DNA of 32,000 nt from Trichlorobacter lovleyi SZ (GTDB lineage Bacteria > Desulfobacterota > Desulfuromonadia > Geobacterales > Pseudopelobacteraceae), in the NCBI RefSeq assembly GCF_000020385.1, contig NC_010814.1, forward strand, positions 1,740,001-1,772,000, read 5' to 3'. The position numbers and the translations under genes were made by a program. Positions 23,806-32,000 of the stretch are shown in pieces. Each line of letters begins with the position of its first letter. Positions within the stretch are counted from its first letter, which is position 1. Below the pieces are notes generated by a model. That model did not search any database, had not been told where the DNA came from, and saw only the letters and a program-made list of their open reading frames with translations.

Positions 23806-25020
23806 ATGCCAAAGTTTTCATGGGAAGGCAAAACCCGTACCGGAGCAGTTCAAAAGGGAGTTACTGATGCGCCGGATGCAGCGTCGGTTGAAGCTCAGTT
23901 GAAAAAAGCCGGTTTGCAGAATATTGTGGTTAAGGATCAATCCAAGGGGATGCAGTTCAAGCTGCCCAAGTTCGGGGGGGGGAGCATTGATACCAAGGAT
24001 CTGGTTATCTTTACCCGCCAGTTTGCCACCATGATTGACTCTGGCCTTCCGCTGGTGCAGTGTCTGGATATTCTCTCTTCACAGCAGGAAAAACCCGCAT
24101 TCAAGGAAATCCTGTTACGGGTCAAGGAGAGTGTTGAAAGCGGCTCTACCTTTGCCGATGCCTTGGCCAAGCACCCCAAAGCCTTTGATCAGTTGTTTGT
24201 CAACCTGGTGGCTGCCGGTGAAATCGGCGGTATTCTGGATACTATTCTCAACCGGTTGGCTGCCTATATTGAAAAGGCCATGAAGTTGAAGAAACAGATC
24301 AAAGGGGCCATGGTTTATCCGACCACGATCATGTCGATTGCAGTTATTGTTGTCGGTGTAATTCTGGTATTTGTTATCCCCACCTTTGCCAAGATGTTTG
24401 CTGATTTTGGCGGAGAACTGCCCGGTCCTACCAAATTCGTGATTGGTCTTTCAAACTTCCTGCTGAAGTATATCATTGTTATTATTATCGGCTGCTTCGC
24501 CATCGCTGCGGCGATCAAAAAATATTATGCTACTCCCGGCGGACGTAAAAAGATGGATGCCATGTTTCTGAAGGCTCCCATTGCCGGACCGTTGATCAGG
24601 AAGGTCGCTGTTGCCAAGTTTACCCGTACCCTGGGTACCATGGTCAGCTCCGGGGTGCCTATCATGGACGGATTGGAGATTGTTGCCAAGACAGCGGGTA
24701 ACAAAATTGTTGAAGAGGCCATCTATGGTGTCCGGCAGGCCATTTCAGAAGGTAAGACCATGGCTGAACCACTGCAGTCCTGTGGTATTTTCCCTCCCAT
24801 GGTGGTGCAGATGATTGCCGTTGGTGAGGCCACCGGTGCTATGGATGCCATGTTGACCAAAATTGCCGACTTCTACGACGATGAGGTTGATGACGCGGTC
24901 TCTGCCATGACTGCCATGATGGAACCGCTTCTGATGGTTTTCCTGGGTACTACGGTTGGCGGACTGGTTGTCGCCATGTATCTGCCGATCTTTAAGCTGG
25001 CAGGTGCTGTTGGCGGTTAA
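23806..25020 (+). CDS. pilC: Type IV pilus inner-membrane platform protein PilC
   Basis: 404 aa with two T2SSF repeats (FTRQFATMIDSGLPLVQCL and FTRTLGTMVSSGVPIMDGL) and three TM segments. AAGGAGG RBS. Confidence 0.92.
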   Translation: MPKFSWEGKTRTGAVQKGVTDAPDAASVEAQLKKAGLQNIVVKDQSKGMQFKLPKFGGGSIDTKDLVIFTRQFATMIDSGLPLVQCLDILSSQQEKPAFKEILLRVKESVESGSTFADALAKHPKAFDQLFVNLVAAGEIGGILDTILNRLAAYIEKAMKLKKQIKGAMVYPTTIMSIAVIVVGVILVFVIPTFAKMFADFGGELPGPTKFVIGLSNFLLKYIIVIIIGCFAIAAAIKKYYATPGGRKKMDAMFLKAPIAGPLIRKVAVAKFTRTLGTMVSSGVPIMDGLEIVAKTAGNKIVEEAIYGVRQAISEGKTMAEPLQSCGIFPPMVVQMIAVGEATGAMDAMLTKIADFYDDEVDDAVSAMTAMMEPLLMVFLGTTVGGLVVAMYLPIFKLAGAVGG

Positions 25021-25023
25021 CTG

Positions 25024-26673
25024 ATGAAAACCGAGCGACGTTTACGGCTCTTTATCTTTGCCAGAATAGTCGTTGTTGTTCTCTTTCTGGCATCAACCAT
25101 CATCTTGAAGTTGAGTGATACTGAAGCAATCAGTGATATCCAGTTTCGGGGTGTCATTGAGCTGATGATCCTTTCCTGCTGTGTCTCTCTGGTCTCCCTG
25201 GCGGCTCTGCGCCGCCAGGGCTGGCTGCTCCCGCTTACCCGTCTGCAAATTGTTTGGGATATCCTGTTTGTAACACTGCTGCTGATGCTGACAGATGGTA
25301 TTGCCAGCCCTTATTCATTCCTCTATCTGCTGGCGATTATGAGCGCCGGTATGCTGCTGAGCCGGCAGCAAGCGCTGTATACCGCTGCTCTCTGTATTAT
25401 TCTATATGGAGCAATGGTTGATTTGCAGTATTTTGGCATGCTTAAAGGTATCGGCCTGAATCCTGAAACTGCCCAGCAGCGGGGAAACGTAGTTATCTTT
25501 TATACTCTTTTTCTACACTTGGTGGGATTTGTGCTGGCAGCAATCATGGGGAGTCATCTGGCTGAGCGGGCCAGGCTGACAGAGGTGAACTATGAAGAGC
25601 TGAAGCAACTACACAGTACCATTGTAGAGAACCTGGAAAGTGGTCTCCTGACGATTACGCGGGATGGTCTTATCAGGGTATTTAATCCCTACGTTGAAAA
25701 AATGACCGGTATGACCCAGGTCCATGCCTACGGACGCCCGATCAGCGCCGTGTTTCCTTCATTACCGGTTGGAACGGGGGCGTTTGACCAACATGGGCAG
25801 GGTGAATTTTATTATCGACCAACAAGCGGCAATCCTCTGACTATCGGCTATGCCACCATGCCGTTCAGGAACCTGCAGGGGGAAACTGCCGGTCTGATCG
25901 TAACGCTTAAAGATCTTACCGGCTTCAAGCAGATGGAGCTGGCCTTGAAAAGGTCGGATCGACTGGCGGCCCTGGGTGAGCTTTCAGCCCGTATGGCCCA
26001 TGAAATCCGTAACCCTCTGGCTGCAATCAGCGGCTCTGTACAGCTGTTGGCAGAGCATGGTAGTCTGCGTGATCATGAGTCAAGGCTGCTTGCTATTGTC
26101 ATGCGGGAGTCGGACCGTTTGAACGGACTGATTACTGATTTTTTGGCCTATGCCCGTCCAACACCTCCCCGTTTTGAACGTTTTAACCTGTGTCATCTGG
26201 TGAGGGATTTACAGGCTTTGCTGATGGCTGACAGCCGTTTTGACAAGGTCAGGCTTGTACTGGATCTGTCTGAAGATCTAACAGCCTGGGCTGATCGTGG
26301 GCAGTTACAACAGGTGCTGTTGAATTTGTTACACAACGCTGCAGAGGCCATGCAGGATGGTGGCGAGATTCTGGTCTCGGCTGATCTGCAGTCAGGAACT
26401 GATGATGCCGGCAGGGCATTTTCCCTGCTCTGTCTCAAAATTCTGGATCAGGGTTGCGGCATGGACGAGGATACCTGCCGGCATCTGTTTGAGCCGTTCT
26501 GGACCACGAAACCGGCAGGAACCGGATTGGGGCTGGCAACTGTCTACCGGATTGTTGAGGGGCATGGCGGCATGATACAGGCGGACCCCCGTGATGAAGG
26601 GGGAACCATGATGACACTTTTGTTGCCGATGATGGAGGAGGGGCCTGGTGAGAACCAGAATTCTGGTTGTTGA
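25024..26673 (+). CDS. pilS: Sensor histidine kinase PilS
   Basis: Polytopic N-terminal half, a PAS-like segment (LESGLLTITRDGLIRVFNPYVEKMTGM), H box SARMAHEIRNPLAAISGS, an HATPase_c N box (LLNLLHNAAEA) and G box (GTGLGLATVYRIVEGHGG). Position is upstream of pilR. Confidence 0.85.
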   Translation: MKTERRLRLFIFARIVVVVLFLASTIILKLSDTEAISDIQFRGVIELMILSCCVSLVSLAALRRQGWLLPLTRLQIVWDILFVTLLLMLTDGIASPYSFLYLLAIMSAGMLLSRQQALYTAALCIILYGAMVDLQYFGMLKGIGLNPETAQQRGNVVIFYTLFLHLVGFVLAAIMGSHLAERARLTEVNYEELKQLHSTIVENLESGLLTITRDGLIRVFNPYVEKMTGMTQVHAYGRPISAVFPSLPVGTGAFDQHGQGEFYYRPTSGNPLTIGYATMPFRNLQGETAGLIVTLKDLTGFKQMELALKRSDRLAALGELSARMAHEIRNPLAAISGSVQLLAEHGSLRDHESRLLAIVMRESDRLNGLITDFLAYARPTPPRFERFNLCHLVRDLQALLMADSRFDKVRLVLDLSEDLTAWADRGQLQQVLLNLLHNAAEAMQDGGEILVSADLQSGTDDAGRAFSLLCLKILDQGCGMDEDTCRHLFEPFWTTKPAGTGLGLATVYRIVEGHGGMIQADPRDEGGTMMTLLLPMMEEGPGENQNSGC

Positions 26674-28018
26674 TGATGAATTGAGCATGCGGGAGTTCAT
26701 CTCGATCCTGCTTGAGCGGGAAGGGTATGAGGTGCTGACGGCAGCTGATGCAACCACAGCGCTTACCCGACTGGCAGCCTCAGATATCGATCTGGTGATT
26801 TCTGATGTGCAGATGCCTGGTTTAAGCGGTCTGGAACTGCTTGCACGGATCAAGGAAAATAAGCCTGACACTGCAGTGCTCTTGATTACCGCCTTTTCAA
26901 CGGCCGAGCAGGCGGTTGAGGCGATGAAGCTGGGGGCCTATGATTACCTGGCCAAGCCGTTCAAGGTGGATGAGATCAAGATCCTGGTCAAAAACGCCTT
27001 GGAAAAGCGTGATCTGAAACGTGAAAATCGGCAGCTACGTGAAAAGGCCGGCGTCTGTGAAGGATATGGTGGTATTGTCGGCACATCGCAGCGGATGAAA
27101 GAGGTCTTTAACCTGCTGCGTAAGGTCGCTGAGTCCCAGACCACGGTACTTGTTTCCGGTGAAAGCGGTACCGGTAAAGAGTTGGCAGCCAAGGCGATCC
27201 ATGAAGGCAGTAGTCGTAAAAACAAACCGTTTGTGGCGGTGAATTGTGGTGCCATTCCAGAAAACCTGATTGAAAGTGAACTGTTTGGCCATGTCAAAGG
27301 GGCCTTCACCGGTGCTGTGGGAGAACGGGCCGGGCTGTTTGAACAGGCAAGCGGCGGTACGGTTTTTCTTGATGAAATAGGTGAACTGCCGCTGGCAATG
27401 CAGACCCGCCTGCTACGGGTGATCCAGGAACGTGAACTGCGCCGGGTTGGCGGATCCGCCACCAAAAAGGTTGATGTGCGTCTGCTGGCAGCCTCAAACC
27501 GCGATCTGGCGCTGCAGGTAAAGGAAGGGACCTTTCGCGAGGATCTCTACTATCGGATCAATGTCGTCCAGGTGGTGATGCCACCCCTGCGTGAACGGGT
27601 TGAGGATATTCCGCTATTGGTAGAGCATCTGGTCAGGAAACATTGCGGTACTGGAGGGATTGTCACTTCGGAAGCACTTAAATGCCTGATGGCTTACCCT
27701 TTTCCTGGCAATGTTCGGGAATTGGAGAATATCATTGAACGCAGCCTGGTGCTTGATCGAGAACGGATTACCCTGGAGAGTCTGCCCGCTCAGGTCAGGG
27801 GGGCGATCAAACGCTTTGACCTGCATGCTGCGGTTGAGATACCTGATGAAGGGATTGATCTGGAGCCTGCCCTTGAAAATCTGGAAAAACAGTATCTGGT
27901 CAAGGCACTGGAAAAATCAGGTGGAAGCAAGACCAAGGCAGCCGATCTGCTGGGGATGTCATTCCGTTCCTATCGCTATAAACTGTCCAAATTCGGGCTG
28001 GCTGCAGATGGGGAGTAA
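26648..28018 (+). CDS. pilR: Sigma-54-dependent response regulator PilR (NtrC family)
   Basis: GTG start at 26648 after GGAGGAGG. Receiver domain (ILVVDDE...DLVISDVQMPG), AAA+ domain with GESGTGKE and GAFTGA, and a C-terminal Fis-type HTH (KTKAADLLGMSFRSYRYKL). It overlaps pilS by 26 nt. Confidence 0.9.
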   Translation: MRTRILVVDDELSMREFISILLEREGYEVLTAADATTALTRLAASDIDLVISDVQMPGLSGLELLARIKENKPDTAVLLITAFSTAEQAVEAMKLGAYDYLAKPFKVDEIKILVKNALEKRDLKRENRQLREKAGVCEGYGGIVGTSQRMKEVFNLLRKVAESQTTVLVSGESGTGKELAAKAIHEGSSRKNKPFVAVNCGAIPENLIESELFGHVKGAFTGAVGERAGLFEQASGGTVFLDEIGELPLAMQTRLLRVIQERELRRVGGSATKKVDVRLLAASNRDLALQVKEGTFREDLYYRINVVQVVMPPLRERVEDIPLLVEHLVRKHCGTGGIVTSEALKCLMAYPFPGNVRELENIIERSLVLDRERITLESLPAQVRGAIKRFDLHAAVEIPDEGIDLEPALENLEKQYLVKALEKSGGSKTKAADLLGMSFRSYRYKLSKFGLAADGE

Positions 28019-28086
28019 CTATCTCAGACTTCCCCTCGCAATCACGCTATGGTATACAACCGTTTACTCCACTTAAGGAATAGTCT

Positions 28087-29166
28087 ATGTCTGAGAAACA
28101 GTTTAAGCCCGCCGCCCTGCTGGTAACCGGCGGGGCAGGTTTTATCGGTTCCAACTTTATCAATCGCTTTATGCCGCTGAATCCTGCTTGTCGGGTGATT
28201 AATCTTGATGCCCTGACCTATGCCGGTAATCTGAAAAACCTGACGGAAGTTGAGCAGAACCCTAACTATCGCTTTGTTAAGGGAGATATTGGGGATGCGG
28301 CACTGGTGGCTTCCTTGCTTTCCGGTGAGAAAGTTGACGCAGTGGTTCATTTTGCGGCAGAATCCCATGTGGACCGTTCCATAACCGGTCCGGAGATCTT
28401 TGTTCGCACTAATGTACTGGGCACTCAGATGCTGCTGGAGGAAAGTCGCAAACACTGGCAATCGGGCATGGTACCGGAGTTCCGCTACTATCAGATCTCA
28501 ACTGATGAGGTCTACGGCTCGCTTGGTGATACCGGTTTTTTTACGGAAGAGACGCCGCTGGCTGCCAACTCTCCCTATTCTGCCTCCAAGGCTGGCGCAG
28601 ACCTGCTGGTGCGGGCCTACCATGAGACCTTTGGTATGCCGACGCTTGTTTCCCGCTGCTCCAATAACTACGGGCCCTATCACTTTCCTGAAAAACTGAT
28701 CCCCCTGTTGATCGCCAATATTATTGCCAAAAAGCCGCTGCCGGTCTATGGCGACGGCAGCAATGTGCGGGACTGGCTGCATGTGAAGGATCATGGAGCA
28801 GCCATTGAGTGCATTCTGAAGGGGGCCAAACCAGGTTCGGTCTACAACATCGGCGGCAATAATGAATGGCAGAATATCGCTATTGTCAGTCTGGTCTGTG
28901 ACCTGCTGGATAGCAAGCTGGGCAGGCAGCCGGGAGAAAACAGGAGTCTGATCACCTTTGTCAAGGACCGTCCCGGTCATGACCGGCGCTATGCCATTGA
29001 TGCTTCAAAACTCAAAAATGATCTGGGCTGGTCTCCCTCCTATACCTTTGAAACCGGCATTGCCGAGACCATCGATTGGTATCTGGCTAACCAGCAATGG
29101 GTCGAGGAAGTCACCAGTGGCAGTTACCGTGACTACTACCAGCAGCAGTACGGAGGTGCAGCATGA
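28087..29166 (+). CDS. rfbB: dTDP-glucose 4,6-dehydratase
   Basis: LLVTGGAGFIGSNF, VHFAAESHVDRSI, ISTDEVYG, YSASKAGADLLVRAY, RCSNNYGPYHFPEKLIP and YGDGSNVRDWLHV. Confidence 0.92.
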   Translation: MSEKQFKPAALLVTGGAGFIGSNFINRFMPLNPACRVINLDALTYAGNLKNLTEVEQNPNYRFVKGDIGDAALVASLLSGEKVDAVVHFAAESHVDRSITGPEIFVRTNVLGTQMLLEESRKHWQSGMVPEFRYYQISTDEVYGSLGDTGFFTEETPLAANSPYSASKAGADLLVRAYHETFGMPTLVSRCSNNYGPYHFPEKLIPLLIANIIAKKPLPVYGDGSNVRDWLHVKDHGAAIECILKGAKPGSVYNIGGNNEWQNIAIVSLVCDLLDSKLGRQPGENRSLITFVKDRPGHDRRYAIDASKLKNDLGWSPSYTFETGIAETIDWYLANQQWVEEVTSGSYRDYYQQQYGGAA

Positions 29167-29996
29167 TCCTGGTGGTGGGGGCAAACGGGATGCTGGGCCA
29201 GGATCTGATGGGCCTGCTGGGTGAACGGGGCAGGGGAGTAGACCTGCCGGATATTGATATTACTGATATGGTGTCAGTGCAGCAGGTGCTGACCGCCCTG
29301 AAACCAAAGGTGGTGATCAACTGCGCTGCCTACACGGATGTGGATGGCTGCGAAAGCAACACAGAGACCGCCATGCAGGTCAATGGTGAGGGGGTGGCCT
29401 TTCTTGCCTTGGTGACCCGTGAGATCGGAGCCAAGCTGGTGCAGGTCAGCACCGACTACGTCTTTGACGGCAGCAAGGGCAGTCCGTACCGCGAGGATGA
29501 CCTGCAGCAACCGCTGAACATCTATGGCGAATCCAAGCTGGCCGGGGAGCTGAATGTGGATATCAACCCTGACAACCTGCTGGTGCGGACCCAGTGGCTC
29601 TACGGTCTGCATGGCAAGAATTTTGTGGAGACCATGCTGAAGCTGGGACAGGAAAAGAGTGTTCTGACCGTGGTGGATGACCAGATCGGTTCTCCCACCT
29701 GGACCATGGATCTGGCCAGGGGGATCATTGCCTTGGTTGACAAGGACTGCCGTGGCACCTATCACTGTGCCAACAGCGGTCATACCTCCTGGAACGGTTT
29801 TGCCAAAGCCATCTTTGACGAGGCTGGCTTACCTGTTCAGGTGCTGCCCATGACCACCGAACAGTTGAACCGTCCGGCCCGGCGGCCTCTGTACTCAACC
29901 CTTGATTGCAGCAAGCTGGTTGCTGATACCGGCTTTGAGCCGCAAGCATGGCGTGAGGCACTTAAACAGTATCTAAACCTGCGGAAGGAAGCCTGA
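29163..29996 (+). CDS. rfbD: dTDP-4-dehydrorhamnose reductase
   Basis: ILVVGANGMLG, VINCAAYTDVDGCE, STDYVFDG, YGESKLAGE and DDQIGSPTWTMDLA. The ATG overlaps the rfbB stop (ATGA). Confidence 0.9.
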   Translation: MILVVGANGMLGQDLMGLLGERGRGVDLPDIDITDMVSVQQVLTALKPKVVINCAAYTDVDGCESNTETAMQVNGEGVAFLALVTREIGAKLVQVSTDYVFDGSKGSPYREDDLQQPLNIYGESKLAGELNVDINPDNLLVRTQWLYGLHGKNFVETMLKLGQEKSVLTVVDDQIGSPTWTMDLARGIIALVDKDCRGTYHCANSGHTSWNGFAKAIFDEAGLPVQVLPMTTEQLNRPARRPLYSTLDCSKLVADTGFEPQAWREALKQYLNLRKEA

Positions 29997-29999
29997 TAT

Positions 30000-30353
30000 A
30001 TGACACTGGAGCGTGGAGAACGGCCCTGGGGCACCTATACGGTGCTTGAGGAGAACAGTCACTACAAGATCAAGCGGATCGAGGTGTTGCCAGGTCAGCG
30101 GCTGTCTCTGCAGAAGCATCATCATCGCAGTGAACACTGGATCGTTGTCTCGGGAACTGCTCTGGTGACCTGTGGTGACCGTGAATTCATGGTGAATGTC
30201 AATGAGTCCACCTTTATTCCGATCGGTGAACAGCATCGCCTGCAGAATCCAGGTAAGATCCCGCTGGTGATTATTGAGGTGCAGAGTGGTGAATACCTGG
30301 GAGAGGATGACATTGTCCGTTTTCAGGATGACTACCAGCGGGCTGAGGAGTAG
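30000..30353 (+). CDS. Stand-alone cupin equivalent to the C-terminal type II phosphomannose isomerase domain of bifunctional ManC/AlgA/XanB
   Basis: RPWGTYTVLEE...KIKRIEVLPGQRLSLQKHHHRSEHWIVVSGTA...IPIGEQHRLQNPGKIPLVIIEVQSGEYLGEDDIVRFQDDY matches the conserved PMI cupin signature as I remember it. Confidence 0.8.
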   Translation: MTLERGERPWGTYTVLEENSHYKIKRIEVLPGQRLSLQKHHHRSEHWIVVSGTALVTCGDREFMVNVNESTFIPIGEQHRLQNPGKIPLVIIEVQSGEYLGEDDIVRFQDDYQRAEE

Positions 30354-30362
30354 GGAGGCACT

Positions 30363-31439
30363 ATGTATATTGTGATCCTGGCAGGAGGCTCCGGCACCCG
30401 TTTCTGGCCGGTTTCCCGTGCGGCCCGTCCCAAACAGCTGATCAGTGTGACTGACGGTCCCACCATGCTGCAACGGACTGTCGAGCGTATCCTGCCGTTG
30501 AAGCCCAAAAGGGTTCTGGTCATAACCAATCGGTTGCAGGCTGCTGAAACAGAACGCCAGCTGGCTGGATATCGTGCATCAGTTCCGGTTGACGTGATTG
30601 CCGAGCCAGTGGGGCGCAATACTGCTCCGGCAGTGGGGTTGGCTGCCACCATCATTGCTGCCCATGACCCGGAAGGGGTAATGGTGGTGCTGCCTGCTGA
30701 CCATTACATCAGGGATGATGAAGGACTACGTCAGAGCCTGCAACTGGCAGCCAATTCTGCCCGAAATGGCTGGCTGATGACCCTGGGTATTGTACCCACC
30801 AGTCCCGAGACCGGCTATGGCTACCTTGAGGCAGATATGAGCCTGCGGGGGCTTGGTCCCTTTCCGGTGACCCGCTTTGTGGAAAAGCCGGATCGTGCCA
30901 CAGCCCTTGCCTATCTGGAGGCTGGTACTTATTTCTGGAACAGTGGCATGTTTGTCTGGCGGGCTGACACAATTTTGAGCGAGATTGGGCGCTATATGCC
31001 GGAACTTGCCGCCCAGCTGGAACGGATGACCTTTGGTGACGTATGGGACTTGGCTGATCTGACAGCCCAGATTGCTGATATCTATGCTGCCATTGCTGGG
31101 CAGTCCATTGATTACGGTGTCATGGAACAGTCTGACCGGGTCCAGATGGTCCCTGCTGATATTGGCTGGAGCGACGTGGGCAGCTGGTCAGCCTTGCCGG
31201 AAGTTACGGAACTTGACGCAGAGGGCACGGTGGTTGCCAACTGCAGCAGGTATGTGAATGTTGACAGCAGCGGCTGTATTGTCTCCGGTAATGGTCATGT
31301 TGTGGCCACGGTGGGGGTGCATGACCTGATTGTGGTTGCAACTGGCGATGCCGTGCTGGTCTGCCCAAAGGATCGGGCCCAGGATGTCAAGAAGGTGGTT
31401 GAGCAGCTGGCTGCTCAAGGTCTGGAGACCTATTTGTAG
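30363..31439 (+). CDS. manC: Mannose-1-phosphate guanylyltransferase (nucleotidyltransferase part only)
   Basis: MYIVILAGGSGTRFWPVSR, EPVGRNTAPAV, VLPADHYI, GYGYLE, FVEKPD, YFWNSGMFVW and WSDVGSW. At 358 aa it lacks the C-terminal cupin. Confidence 0.88.
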   Translation: MYIVILAGGSGTRFWPVSRAARPKQLISVTDGPTMLQRTVERILPLKPKRVLVITNRLQAAETERQLAGYRASVPVDVIAEPVGRNTAPAVGLAATIIAAHDPEGVMVVLPADHYIRDDEGLRQSLQLAANSARNGWLMTLGIVPTSPETGYGYLEADMSLRGLGPFPVTRFVEKPDRATALAYLEAGTYFWNSGMFVWRADTILSEIGRYMPELAAQLERMTFGDVWDLADLTAQIADIYAAIAGQSIDYGVMEQSDRVQMVPADIGWSDVGSWSALPEVTELDAEGTVVANCSRYVNVDSSGCIVSGNGHVVATVGVHDLIVVATGDAVLVCPKDRAQDVKKVVEQLAAQGLETYL

Positions 31440-31446
31440 GTATGGC

Positions 31447-31475
31447 AAGGGGGAGGATGCTCTCCCCCTTTTTTT
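31447..31475 (+). terminator. Rho-independent terminator after manC
   Basis: AAGGGGGAG (31447-31455) pairs with CTCCCCCTT (31462-31470) around a 6-nt loop. The stem runs into a 7-T tract (31469-31475). Confidence 0.82.
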
Positions 31476-31514
31476 GATCTGCTTGTCAACTTTAGTTTGT
31501 CTGGAAGGTTAACA

Positions 31515-32000
31515 ATGCCGTTACAGCTTCTATCCCAAAGGCTTGAAAAAACCCAGCATGATGGTCTGTACCGCAGTCTGCGGTCGGTTGAGCGGACAAC
31601 ACCGCAGGTCTTTGTTGAAGGTCGCCAGGCGCTCCTGTTCTGCTCAAATAACTACCTGGGGCTGGCAGAACATCCAAGCCTTGCACAGGCTGCAGCTGAT
31701 GCTGCCTTGCAGTACGGCACCTCCAGTGCAGCCTCGCGGTTGGTCTCAGGCAACCAGCCGTTACATGCCATGCTCGAAGCAAAACTGTCTGCCTGGAAAG
31801 GAACGGAAACTGCCCTGCTGTTTAACAGCGGTTATGCAGCGAACACCGGCATCATTGCTGCGCTGGCCGGACGGGGGGATATCATCTTCTCTGACCGGCT
31901 GAATCACGCCAGCATCATTGATGGAGCCCTGCTCTCAGGTGCCAGGCTGATCCGCTACCCCCACAATGATACCCTGGCACTGGCACGCCTGTTGGAACAG
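31515..32000 (+). CDS. bioF: 8-amino-7-oxononanoate synthase (alpha-oxoamine synthase family), 3' end beyond the window
   Basis: This ORF is not in the supplied track because it has no stop in the window. ATG at 31515 after GGAAGG. My own translation gives [25 protein letters not shown]...[15 protein letters not shown]...[14 protein letters not shown]...[17 protein letters not shown]...[16 protein letters not shown]. These are classic BioF/KBL motifs. The frame is open for 162 codons to the window end. Confidence 0.85.
   Translation, partial: MPLQLLSQRLEKTQHDGLYRSLRSVERTTPQVFVEGRQALLFCSNNYLGLAEHPSLAQAAADAALQYGTSSAASRLVSGNQPLHAMLEAKLSAWKGTETALLFNSGYAANTGIIAALAGRGDIIFSDRLNHASIIDGALLSGARLIRYPHNDTLALARLLEQ

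Noticed and set aside
1-32000. I looked for CRISPR-like spaced repeats, tRNA/rRNA genes, transposase, integrase or phage genes, toxin-antitoxin pairs and GEMM-type (c-di-GMP/cGAMP) riboswitches in the intergenic gaps.
   Set aside because: None was recognisable. Intergenic gaps are short (at most about 160 nt). No translated ORF shows DDE, tyrosine-recombinase or Cas motifs. No gap has the GC-rich conserved GEMM core. Covariance-model scans (Infernal/Rfam, tRNAscan) would be the decisive check.

Overview
This chromosomal window is dominated by a consolidated type IV pilus (T4P) gene set. It looks like a Geobacter/Desulfuromonas-type bacterium; that is an inference from gene content and the aroE-pilB-pilT-pilC-pilS-pilR order, and no rRNA is present to confirm it. 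Left to right: the 3' part of sucA; an unannotatable three-gene cassette (bitopic receiver-like protein, exported protein, second PilB/MshE-class ATPase); an AT-rich regulatory gap; XRE-pilM-pilN-pilO-pilP-pilQ plus a trailing Ig-like lipoprotein closed by a strong bidirectional terminator. Then on the minus strand nadB, an AroQ chorismate mutase and a 69-aa orphan DAH7P-synthase-type regulatory domain. Then ribF, a flippase-like membrane protein, a DUF2723-like GT-C membrane protein and aroE, all with overlapping start/stop codons. Then pilB-pilT-pilC-pilS-pilR, followed by rfbB-rfbD, a stand-alone PMI-type cupin, manC, a terminator and the 5' part of bioF. I saw no rRNA, tRNA, CRISPR array, transposase or integrase. 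The points most worth follow-up are: (1) the coupled three-gene module whose ATPase carries a textbook MshEN c-di-GMP motif plus extra degenerate copies; (2) the complete absence of a pilin gene, especially at the pilR-downstream position; (3) the chorismate mutase plus orphan regulatory-domain pair; (4) the flippase-like/GT-C pair wedged between ribF and aroE next to pilB; (5) the Ig-like lipoprotein that ends the pilMNOPQ operon. All calls rest on reading the supplied translations and the DNA by eye. No database search was run.
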